The notes under the pieces: model-generated
Database searches by the model: none
What the model was told of the DNA's origin: nothing
What the model saw: only the letters and a program-made list of their open reading frames with translations
Part shown: piece by piece, positions 25,759 to 38,100 of the stretch
How positions within the stretch are numbered: the stretch's first letter is position 1
Layout of the letters: each line of letters begins with the position of its first letter
Made by a program: the position numbers and the translations under genes
Origin: Octopus bimaculoides
Taxonomy: Eukaryota
Direction of reading: 5' to 3'
NCBI RefSeq assembly: GCF_001194135.2
Contig: NC_068998.1
Coordinates: 47,028,463-47,092,462, forward strand
DNA length: 64,000 nt

Positions 25759-26004
25759 TCACACTCGTTTGAGGAAGGCCAAGTGTAGTTTGTCCGGCAC
25801 GGTGACCCGCTCCAGAGCTATATTGGAAGGGTTGAAGGGGAAGGTGACTGGGAACGAGTACTGAGTGTCCATCAGTAAGTTTGTGCCGGTGTCGTTCTGC
25901 CGGCTCTCTGCCAGCTTCTCCTGGACCTTACGGATGAACGATATGGCTACCGTGTCGTCTTCGTAGCCCCTTACCGGGGTGTACTGGTTGAGGATTTTCA
26001 CAAT
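25759..26004 (-). CDS. MYO5: Myosin V terminal coding exon: [81 protein letters not shown]
   Basis: Acceptor tttctctcctttcag; matches the MyoV C-terminus (I.K.LN.YTP...E, LLMD....[10 protein letters not shown]...LE...P..L.L.F..RV*). Confidence 0.97.
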   Translation of the reverse strand: MVKILNQYTPVRGYEDDTVAISFIRKVQEKLAESRQNDTGTNLLMDTQYSFPVTFPFNPSNIALERVTVPDKLHLAFLKRV

Positions 26005-26468
26005 CTGAAAGGAGAGAAAACAAGAATATGCAAATCGACAAATCATACAATTACAATATATATACAATACTATATCAATATATATATATACAATATTATA
26101 TCAATATATATACAATATTATATCAATATAATTACAATATTATATCATTATTATCTCCTTGATTATCCCTAGAGGTCGGCCTGTATCAGGAGGGCCACAT
26201 CTATGTCGTCCTCCAAACCAATTTTTTTCTTTAAACCTTTGTATATTCTCTCTTTTTACTCTTTACTCTTTTACTTGTTTCAGTCTTTTGACTGTGGCCA
26301 TGCTGGAGCACCGCCTTTAGTCGAGCAAATCGACACCAGGACTTATTCTTTAGAAGCCTAGTACCTTATTCTATCAGTCTCTTTTGCCGAACCGCTAAGT
26401 TACGGGGACATAAACAGCATCGGTTGTCAAGCGATGTTGGGGGCACAAACATATACACACATACATAC

Positions 26469-26516
<48 letters not shown>

Positions 26517-27058
26517 GACGGGCTTCTTTCAGTTTCCATCCACCAAATCCACTCACAAGGCTTTGGTCGGCCTGAAGCTATAGTAGAAGACACTTGCCCA
26601 AGATGCCATGCAATGGGACTGAACCCGGGACCCTGTGGTTGGTAAGCAAGCTACTTACCACACAGCCACTCCTACGCCTTATATATTACATATATATTGC
26701 ATATATTTCTCTTCCTTTTCATTGTATACCATGTATATTTATCCCTTTTTGTTTTGTTGTCTAATAACTTTATCATTTCATTATATGTAAATCCTCACAC
26801 TTTATGTCTCTGTATTGTGTGGGTGGCACATAAAAGACATCATTTCGAGCGTGGCCGTTGCCAGTATCGCCTGACTGGCCTTCGTGCAGGTGACACGTAA
26901 AAGCACCCACTACACTCTCTGAGTGGTTGGCGTTAGGAAGGGCATCCAGCTGTAGAAACTCTGCCAAATTTAGATTGGAGCCTGGTGTTGCCATCCGGTT
27001 TCACCAGTCCTCAGTCAAATCGTCCAACCCATGCTAGCATGGAAAGCGGACGTTAAAC

Positions 27059-27089
<31 letters not shown>

Positions 27090-30000
27090 GTCTCTCTCAT
27101 CCTTCGCCCTAGTAGCAAATATATAAAATCATTATCATCATCATCATTATTGTTGAGTGAGAGAGCAGTGCATGCCATCAAAGTGAGTTCCAGTGGATCA
27201 GGTATTTGGAGGCCATAGGTTTGGCAAAGTGTGAATGAAGGATTCGGGTTGTATTATTCTCAGTTTCTAGCCAGAGTTCAGTATCTAGTACTAGCATTTA
27301 TGAATCTGCAATTAGTTTTTATGACCAAATAGCTTCTGATTCTGCTGTGAGTCTTAACTTTCACATATCTTTATGATTCTGCAGTGTGATCTGAATTCTT
27401 ACTGATAAAAACCATCCGGAAAGATTCTACTGAAACAGGAACCCAATTGTGGTATTTGCTTACCTGTGCTGTTTTTAGTTTAGGACACATCTGGCAAACA
27501 CTGTCGACATCGGCATCGGTCTTGCGTGCTTGCAACAGCTGAGATGCTTGTATGAGAGGTTCCATGGTAGAAAACGCTCCAGAATCTTGTAAGTGGTATT
27601 CTCTCAGCCATTGTTCCAAATGTGATATATTATATCTAGAATAGAAAGAGAGAGAGAGAGAATAGTGAGAGAGAATGAAATACAAAGTATATGAGGGAGG
27701 GAGAGATAGATAGATAGATAGATAGAGTAACAACATCAACAATCGAAGTCAGATTTTGTGAAGATGCCAAAGAGCGAACCTTATTTGTGTGCCTTTGTGC
27801 CAATTACACATATCTCGGCGGAGCAGTAAATTGTTCAAAGCTTTCACATTCATGTCATAGAATAACTGCAATCAGAGAAAATATAATTAACAATCAGAGA
27901 AAATAGAATTGACAATCAGAGAAAATAGAATTAACAATCAGAGAAAATAGAATTAACAGAGAGAAGATATAATTAACAATCAGAGAAATATAATTAAGAA
28001 TTAAAGAAGATATAATTAACTATTGGAGAAAATATAATTAACAGAGAGGAAATGTAATTAACAATTAGTTATGATGCTGCAATTAAGTTGGCTCCAATAC
28101 CTACCGTATAAAATATTTTGTTGATGATAATAAAGAAATATAGCCTAGTGGTTAAGGTGTTGCCCCCGGGATTGCAAGATCATGGTTTCAGTTCCCAGGA
28201 AGACGAGAAGGAAGAGGAGGAAGACGAGAAGGAAGAGGAGGAAGAAGAGGAAGAAGACGAGAAGGAAGAGGAGGAAGACGAGAAAGAAGACGAGGTGGAA
28301 GAGGAGGAAGACGAGGAGGAAGACGAGGAGGAAGACTAGAAGGAAGAGGAAGACGAAGAAGACGAGGAGGAAGAGGAGCAAGAAGAGGAGGAAGAGGAGC
28401 AAGAAGAGAAGGAAGAGGAGGAAGAAGAGGAGGAAGTAGAGGAGGAAGAGGAAGAAGAAGAGAAGGAAGAGGAGGAAGACTAGAAGGAAGAGGAGGAAGA
28501 CTAGAAGGAAGAGGAAGAGGAGGAGGAAGAGGAGGAAGTAGAGGAGAAAGAGGAGGAAGACTAGAAGGAAGAGGAAGAGGAGGAGGAAGAGGAGGAAGAC
28601 TAGAAGGAAGAGGAAGAGGAGGAAGACTAGAAGGAAGAGGAGGAAGACTAGAAGGAAGAGGAGGAAGACTAGAAGGAAGAGGAAGAGGAGGAAGAGGGGG
28701 AAGACTAGAAGGAAGAGGAAGACGAGGAGGAAGACTAGAAGGAAGAGGAAGACGAGGAGGAAGAGGAGGAAGAAGGGGAGGAAGAGGAAGAAGAGGAGGA
28801 AGAAGAGGAGGAAGAGGAGAAGGAAGATGAGAAGGAAGAGGAGGAAGATGAGAAGGAAGATGAGAAGGAAGATGAGAAGGAAGAGGATGAAGAAGAGAAG
28901 GAAGAGGAAGAAGAAGAGGAGGAAGAAGAGAAGGAAGATGAGAAGGAAGATGAGAAGGAAGTCGAGAAGGAAGTCGAGAAGGAAGAAGAGGAGGAAGAGG
29001 AGGAGAAAAAGAGGAAGAGATAAGATGCTAACCTGTCTGACAATGAGTACGATTACTTCTGGGTCTACTGCATGATTTCTCAAAATACGAATATACTTTG
29101 ACATCTGAAATAAACAAATAAATAAAAATGAATATTTGAGATTTGATAGCACAACGTCAGCAGTTTTAGTGGTGGGGAGAGGCTGATCGCATTGGACCCC
29201 CCCCCTACCCATGATGCTTAAGCAGTACTTTATTTTATTGATGCTGAAAAAATAAAGGGCAAAGTCGACCTTGTTGGAATTTGAACTCGGGCCATAAAGA
29301 GTCGGAAGAAACATGGTCAAGCATTTCGTCCAGTGTGCTAATGATTCTGCCAGCCCACTGCCTTAATAATAATGATCATCATCATCATCATCATCATCGT
29401 TTAACGTCCGCTTTCCATGCTAGCATGGGTTGGACGATTTGACTGAGGACTGGTGAAACCGGATGGCAACACCAGGCTCCAGTCTGATCTGGCACGGTTT
29501 CTACAGCTGGATGCCCTTCCTAACGCCAACCACTCAGAGAGTGTAGTGGGTGCTTTTACGTGTCACCCGCACGAAAACGGCCACGCTCAAAATGGTGTCT
29601 TTTATGTGCCNNNNNNNNNNNNNNNNNNNNNNNNNNNNNNNNNNNNNNNNNNNNNNNNNNNNNNNNNNNNNNNNNNNNNNNNNNNNNNNNNNNNNNNNNN
29701 NNNNNNNNNNNNNNNNNNNNNNNNNNNNNNNNNNNNNNNNNNNNNNNNNNNNNNNNNNNNNNNNNNNNNNNNNNNNNNNNNNNNNNNNNNNNNNNNNNNN
29801 NNNNNNNNNNNNNNNNNNNNNNNNNNNNNNNNNNNNNNNNNNNNNNNNNNNNNNNNNNNNNNNNNNNNNNNNNNNNNNNNNNNNNNNNNNNNNNNNNNNN
29901 NNNNNNNNNNNNNNNNNNNNNNNNNNNNNNNNNNNNNNNNNNNNNNNNNNNNNNNNNNNNNNNNNNNNNNNNNNNNNNNNNNNNNNNNNNNNNNNNNNNN

Positions 30001-32167
30001 NNNNNNNNNNNNNNNNNNNNNNNNNNNNNNNNNNNNNNNNNNNNNNNNNNNNNNNNNNNNNNNNNNNNNNNNNNNNNNNNNNNNNNNNNNNNNNNNNNNN
30101 NNNNNNNNNNNNNNNNCACCACATGTCCATACCAGCGCAATCGTCTCTCTTGCACGCCACAACTGATGCTTCTAATGTTCAGCTTTTCTCTCAAGATACT
30201 TACACTCTGACGGGTATTCACATTGACATTACACATCCAACGGAGCATACTGGCTTCATTCCTTGCGAGCTTACGGATGTCCTCAGCAGTTACAGCCCAT
30301 GTTTCACTGCCATGTAGCATGGCTGTTCGTACGCATGCGTCATACAGTCTGCCTTTTACTCTGAGTGAGAGTCCCTTTGTCGCCAGCAGGGGTAAGAGCT
30401 CTCTAAACTTTGCCCAGGCTATTCTTATTCTAGCAGCTACACTTTCAGCACACCCACCCCCACTACTAACTTGGTCGCCCAGATAGCGGAAGCTATCAAT
30501 AATAATAATAATAATAAGTTGTCAGTTGTTTGACCTTAACCAGTTGAGCATGTCCCTTCGCGGCTGAAGATATGTGCATCTCTGATCATGAGCAGAAGTA
30601 GTGGGGAGCATCATAGCCATGTGTTGAGAGGAATTCTTTGGGGTTTGAATAATTCACCTTTGGAAACATGGGTGTTTTGCTCAACATCCTTAAACAAACC
30701 TTACTCAGGGACCTTCTGAGCAGGTTAGGGTTAGGATTAGGATGGTTTGTAGAAGGGGACCAGCGAGGATAACAAGAAGGTACTTACAATCTTCTGTAGA
30801 TTATCCAATGCATCTGGTTCCACTTCATTGTTTGGTATACGCCCACGTCGATCCTCCTTGTTCAGGCCAGCAATGGCTTCATGTTCAAGAATTGCAGGAA
30901 CTGGAAAAGAAGATTATTAAGATCATTTACATTTATATCTATTGATCTGTCTGTCTATCTCAACATTCAACATCCATTTTCCAAGGCATAGGCTGGGCAG
31001 TTCAACAGGAACTGAAGAACTATAGGTCTGTGCCAAGGTCCAATGTCTGCTTCGGCATAGTTTCTATGGCTGAATGCTCTTCCTAATGCCAATAGAACTC
31101 TCTTAAAAGAAAAAGTATTTATTGGATAATGTAGTCCCAGTTGATAAACAAGTACTACAAGAAGAAGATAGCAAAACAGTAATAACCCTAAGAATATCAT
31201 GAGGTTAGATAAATATAGTGATATCATGTGGTTAGATAAATATAGTGATATCATGAGGTTAGATAAATATAGTGATATCATGTAGTTACATAAATATAGT
31301 GATATCACATGATTAGTTAAATATAGTGATATCATGTGGTTAGATAAATATAGTGATATTGTGGTTAGATAAATATAGTGATATCATGTGGTTAGATAAA
31401 AAATATTAAAAAAGCACCCAGTAAAAGCTATAAAGGGGTCACATTAGGAAGGGCATCCAGCAGTAGAAACCATGCCAAAGCAGAAACTGGACCATGACTC
31501 AGCCCTTGGGCCCATCAGATCTTGTCAAACCATCCAGCTTATAGCTATGTGGAATATAGTGGAGGCATTGTATCTCAGTGGTTAGGGTGCTGGACTCATG
31601 ATTGTAAGATTGTGGTTTCAATTACTGGACCGGGCGATGTGTTGTGTTCTTGAGCAAAACACTTCATTTCACGTTGCTTCAGTCCACTCAGCTGGCAAAA
31701 ATGATTAATCCCATGACTGACAGGCGTCCTGTCCAGGTGGGAAACATGTATGTCATTGAATCAGGAAACCACCTCTTAGGAGTCACTATGACGAGACATG
31801 GAACATAGACATTAAATGATGATGATATATAGACAATATTTAAACAACATGTAGACAATATTTACCAATATTTAGACGCTGAAAACTATTGGAGATATTT
31901 ACCAATATTTATACAATATTTCGACAAATTCTTCCAATAAGTAGACAAAGAATGATTGAGGATATTTACCAATAAGTTTATCCAGGTTTTCTTTCATAAC
32001 TTTGATTAACTGTCGGTAATTATAGACACATAGGTCGTTAAAGACTGGTCGGTACTCAGACAGGTCAAAGTTTCGTAAGCAGTGTTCATTTTGTTTGGAA
32101 CTATTGGTATTTTGGTAACGCTACAAAGATCAGACATGTAATATTCATGTATTAGATAGATAGAGAG

Positions 32168-32208
<41 letters not shown>

Positions 32209-32537
32209 TATAACTACATATATACACATGTATGTATGTGTACATATATATATATGTGTATGTGTGTGTGTGTGTATGTATATGTTTAATTGATAGAGAA
32301 GTGATAGACACAATTCGTGGAGGAAAAAAGAAAGGGAGATGACAGACACAAATGGATGAAGAATGAGAAAGAAAAAGATATGTATATAAGAATGATAATA
32401 TTATTAGGGATAAAAATCCAAATTTACAGGTAAAAACACAATTAAATTCAATTTATTAAAAATTAAAATTAAATTAAGTTTCACAGTGGATTTTCATCGA
32501 TGAGGTCATGAACCTTGGTTCTTTACCCTAAAACTAC

Positions 32538-32584
<47 letters not shown>

Positions 32585-32764
32585 NNNNNNNNNNNNNNNN
32601 NNNNNNNNNNNNNNNNNNNNNNNNNNNNNNNNNNNNNNNNNNNNNNNNNNNNNNNNNNNNNNNNNNNNNNNNNNNNNNNNNNNNNNNNNNNNNNNNNNNN
32701 NNNNNNNNNNNNNNNNNNNNNNNNNNNNNNNNNNNNNNNNNNNNNNNNNNNNNNNNNNNNNNNN

Positions 32765-32811
<47 letters not shown>

Positions 32812-34348
32812 AGGAGTGATAGACAAAAATGGAAAGCCTACCTTCTCTCCACTGTATTGTTTCAAACTGTGTAACAAACGACAGCAATTGGCAAGCCATA
32901 ACGTCACCCGTTCTATATCATTGGTGTTTTTCTGTAATGACAAACATACAATACATTATAATTACAATTACAATTATCATTATTACTTATTATTACTACT
33001 ATTATTATGACAACTGATGTATGCTTCTTTCCTTTTGTTAATAGGGTATACCATGTACATACGTATTCTTTCTGCACTGTTCTGTGTGGTGTGTAGGGTC
33101 CAGCATGCCAAAGAATAAGACCCAACTTTTCCTCTGCATGTCATAAAAAGGTGACTAAAAGAGGTTGATGTAGGATCTACTGTCCTTTCTTACAAAACCC
33201 TCACCAGCAACAACTACACAAACAGACCCCATGAGTTGGAGAGTTGTCACCCGAGTGGTGCAAAGGTGTCATCAACCAGGAGTAGGGTGCCACCAACAAA
33301 TGGTGGATGCAGCAATATGCTGTTACAGCGCATTACCCCATACTACTACTACTACTTCATTCTAAGTTAATCCCCACACTTTATGTTAATTTTTGTATTG
33401 TCCTGCCTCAGTGACAAATAAAAGAAATCATTATTATTATTATTATAATCATCATCATCATCATTATTCAGTGAGAGAACAGCACATGCCATCAAGATGA
33501 TTCTGGGATGCAAATATATATATGAATCCCTATATACCCATCATGACCACCCACCTGATAAGGGTACACCAGGCACATGCATCACACCTGTATGCAAATG
33601 ATATAGTGATTTCATATCAAGATGAACAGTGCATGACCTTGCAGGTGGGGCTCAGTTTGAATTTTCTTCAGGTCAAGTCGCTCAAAAGGTCCCTGAATAA
33701 GGGTTGTTTAAGGATAATGAACAAAACACTATGTTTCCAGAGGTGAATTATTCAAACCACAAAGAATCCTTCTCAACACATGGTTATGATAAAAAGCTGG
33801 TACATACGCTGCAAGGAACTGTGCCTGATGCTCTAATGATTCTGCCATCTCAGGAAAAAATAATAGTCAAAGAAGTATTCATTTCTCATTTAGACACAAG
33901 AGAACATTTAAGGATGATATGGACCCTAAAACAATCAAGGGCCTAGTACTAATCCAGTCAGCTCCTTTCTAAACGCCCAAGAATGAGATCAACTGTGTAC
34001 TAGGAGTTCTGGTTAATTAGGGACAAAAACCAGTTTTGGCATCCCTTAATTAACAGGGCTTTCCTTCACATGTGTCACTGGAGGGGAAACAGCTGGGTTT
34101 TTTTGTTTTTTTTTGTCTCCCTATTCACCCCTGAATAAAACATTCTCTGAGTGGTTGGCGTTAGGAAGGGCATCCAGCTGTAGAAACTCTGCCAAATTTA
34201 GATTGGAGCCTGGTGTTGCCATCCGGTTTCACCAGTCCTCAGTCAAGTCGTCCAACCCATGCTAGCATGGAAGGCGGACGTTAAACGATGATGATGATGA
34301 TGATGATAACTGGGGGATTAAACTGACTGAAACATATGTGCACAGATG

Positions 34349-34391
<43 letters not shown>

Positions 34392-35020
34392 TATGTGTTT
34401 GCATACACACAGGTGGTTACATGCATATGTATCTGTATGCTTAGATGGTTTACATGTGTGTGTATATAAGTATGTATGCACAGATTCTTATGTCTGTGTG
34501 TAGGTGCACAGATGGTTTGTGTGCGTATATGTATACACATGTATGTGTGTGTCTATGCATGATCTTCAAAGAAACTACTTTATTCATACATATATATAAT
34601 CATTTCAATTTTCATTTATAAATATTTGTATATATAAATTAGCCTTTATCCTTTTTTTTTTTTTGAATTTATAACTTTTCTTACATAGAATAAAGAAATA
34701 TATAAATAAAATCTACAACAATTTTTGAGAGAATTCATCAGAAGGACACAAACAGTTATCTCCCTTACCTTTACCACTCTCTTTATGCCATTGACCACAC
34801 CGGTCAGCAGGCTACACACTTTCTCGTCTTCATTGATATGGTCAGTGTGTCTGATACACATGAAAATTATATAGGCTGGTAGTCCAGGTAACATAGACTC
34901 GGCAACATAGGGCTGGAGATCTAGACAGAGAAAGAGAGACAAAAATTTATTGAATATATGTGTATGTGTGAGTATGTATACACACATATATATATATATA
35001 TATGTATATATATGTATATG

Positions 35021-35101
<81 letters not shown>

Positions 35102-38100
35102 GGGAGAATTCACAGAAAACAAAAGACAAAGACAGGTGGTGTAGACAATAAACAGATGTATTAGTTTAACGCTTGGGAAGTGAAAAAGTCTTTAACGTTT
35201 CGAGCCTACGCTCTTTCACAGAAAGGAACACAGAAAGAAAGAAGGAGAGGAAATAAAGAATGTGTAGTGGGTAGCGATCTATCATGGCGAATGCCGGATG
35301 GAGGGGTCACACAAGAGAGCTAGGAAGAAGGGGAGATAATGCAAAGGTAGAGTCAGTCCTTCTACATGGAGCAACAGGCTGGGCACTTTCCAAAAAACTG
35401 GAATTCAAGCTAGATGGAACTTACATCTGAATGTTAAGAGCAGTCTTAAACATATCTTGGAGAACTCATCCAACCAAGAAACAGCTGTAAGGATATCACT
35501 TGCCTGTTTCCATCATTATAAAGGAAAGGTGCCTGTGCTTTACAGGACATTGCTGGTGAGCTGAACAAGAGCAGTGAGAATAAACTAAAAGAAACATTAA
35601 ACCATTTCTTACCAAATACAAGGTTCTTAATGAGTGCTGTCTCATCAGTCTTGTTGTATTCCAGCATCCCGAGATATTCCCGTTCTTGGTGTTTAACAGC
35701 AGCCATTACACCAGATTCTTCTTGTTCATCACGATCTAATTCAGCAGCAATTTCGGCAGCTGGAAACGGAACAAGAAAACAACAAGCTTTATAGGGATTA
35801 TTCCACACTTTGCAACATTCAAAGAATTATATACACACACAAAAAATGTTTCAAAATTCTATAATTTTACTGAGCATATTTTCAAAATTTCAGAAAATTT
35901 TCAAAGAAATTTTCAGATTTGCATGAAGTCAGGACACAGTTAAACAAATTTCAAGAGAATTAATGTAAATTTTCAAAAAATTCCATAAGGTTATTTTATA
36001 ATTTTCAGAATTCCACAGAATTATTACATTTTGTTTTAAAATTCCATAGAATTATCACAAAAATTTTAGCATGTTTTAAGGAGTTATTGCACAATTATCA
36101 GATTTACTCCAGCTTTTATAGAATGATATAAAATTACTACAGAAATTTCATAATTCCACAGAATTGCAACAGAAACTGAAATTCATGAGATGTTTAATAT
36201 TTATGTTAATGTAAAACACATGAACAGATACGTGAAACTGATGGATGCACTTGTATTTCGTGAGGACTTCTATGGATGACTCCATCTGCTGGTGACAGTA
36301 ACTACAGATGAACACATCTGCTAACATTAGATAGCATCTAATATTAGCAACAGACGACTACATCTGTTAACAGTAGTAACAGATGAGAACATCTGCTAAC
36401 AATAACAACGGATGACTACATCTGCAAATATTAGCACAAATTTTGGCACAAGGCCAGCAAGATCAGGGAGGAGATAAGTCAATTAAATCAACCCCAGTAC
36501 GCAACTGGTACTTGTTTTATTGATCCCAGAAGGATAAAAGGCAAAGTCCACCTTGGTAGAATTTCAACACAGAATATAAAGACAGACAAAATGCTGCTAA
36601 GCATTTTGCATGGCATGCAAACGATTCTGATACTTATGACTACATCTAATGATAGCAACAGCTGACTACATCTGTTAACAATAGTAACAGATGAGAACAT
36701 CTGCTAACAATAGCAACAGATGACTACATCTGTTAACAACAGTAACATATAAGAATATCTGCTACCATTAGCAACAGATGATCACATCTAATAATAGCAA
36801 CAGCTGACTACATCTGTTAACAACAGTAACATATGAGAATATCTGCTATCATTAGCAACAGATGACATTGGTTAACATTAGCAACAGACAACATTGGTTA
36901 ACATTAGCAACAGACAACATTGGTTAACATCAGCAACAGATGACCACATCTGTTAATACTAGCAACAGATGATCACATCTGCTAACTTTAGCATCAGGTA
37001 ACTACAATGGCTGAAAATTCTTTACGAAAGCCAACCAGTAAATTATGCACAATAAATGTTTCCTTTCTCTACTGTTTCTTTGTTTTCAGGAGATTTTATC
37101 TATGTAATGATGAGGCGTTGGTGTACAGACACATGTGGGAATCATGTGGCCAGGATTTGGCATACAGGTACATGTAGGAGTTGTATGATTTGATGTTAGT
37201 GTACAGGTACATCTGGCTGTCGTATGATCTAGTGTTGGTGTACAGATACATGTGGGAATTGTGTGATCTGATGTCAGTGTATAGATACATGTAGGAGACA
37301 TGTGGTCTGGTGTTTGTGTACAGATACAGGTGACGATCATGTGACATGGTGACATTATGTGAGCAATATGGTTGTTGTTGGTGACAGTGAAGTGTCTACA
37401 AGGAGGCCATGCATATATAAAGTCACAGAGGGAGACACGGTGGCACAGAGTAGTGTGAAAGAAACTGAAGGGTATATAACAATATGTTCACATCTAGCAG
37501 CATCAGCACCTACAGCAGCAGGCAAGGAGAGCGGTAGAGGAGGGGTGGACGGGGGGGGGTGTAGTCAGTGTATTAAAAAGACAACAACAGCAACAACAAA
37601 ATTAAACAACATTGGTATTACAGTGTCCATAAGACATTCAGGGACACACATGTTGCGAAAAACATTGCAGGATGCAGTCTGTGAAATGGTGGAGGAAAAG
37701 AAGAAAAAGAAAAGGGGAAATTAATAAAAAAAAAAAAAAAAANNNNNNNNNNNNNNNNNNNNNNNNNNNNNNNNNNNNNNNNNNNNNNNNNNNNNNNNNN
37801 NNNNNNNNNNNNNNNNNNNNNNNNNNNNNNNNNNNNNNNNNNNNNNNNNNNNNNNNNNNNNNNNNNNNNNNNNNNNNNNNNNNNNNNNNNNNNNNNNNNN
37901 NNNNNNNNNNNNNNNNNNNNNNNNNNNNNNNNNNNNNNNNNNNNNNNNNNNNNNNNNNNNNNNNNNNNNNNNNNNNNNNNNNNNNNNNNNNNNNNNNNNN
38001 NNNNNNNNNNNNNNNNNNNNNNNNNNNNNNNNNNNNNNNNNNNNNNNNNNNNNNNNNNNNNNNNNNNNNNNNNNNNNNNNNNNNNNNNNNNNNNNNNNNN

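Noticed and set aside
28145-29320. 391-aa Leu/Phe-rich ORF and the overlapping Glu-, Arg/Lys- and Ser-rich ORFs
   Set aside because: Translations of the purine array; only the 24-codon myosin exon inside is real. The poly-Glu frame is broken by repeated TAG.
30722-30742. GGTTAGGGTTAGGATTAGG telomere-like run
   Set aside because: Only about 3 imperfect units; not informative.
37050-37170. Strong plus-strand acceptor (ttctttgttttcag at 37089) suggesting a nested antisense exon
   Set aside because: It runs into a minisatellite with an early stop; no partner exons could be linked.
37355-37395. Phase-1 minus-strand frame (D)[12 protein letters not shown] sharing TSLSPT with the 39775 cassette using different codons
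   Set aside because: Only six low-complexity residues, no donor or poly(A) support; cannot be separated from chance.
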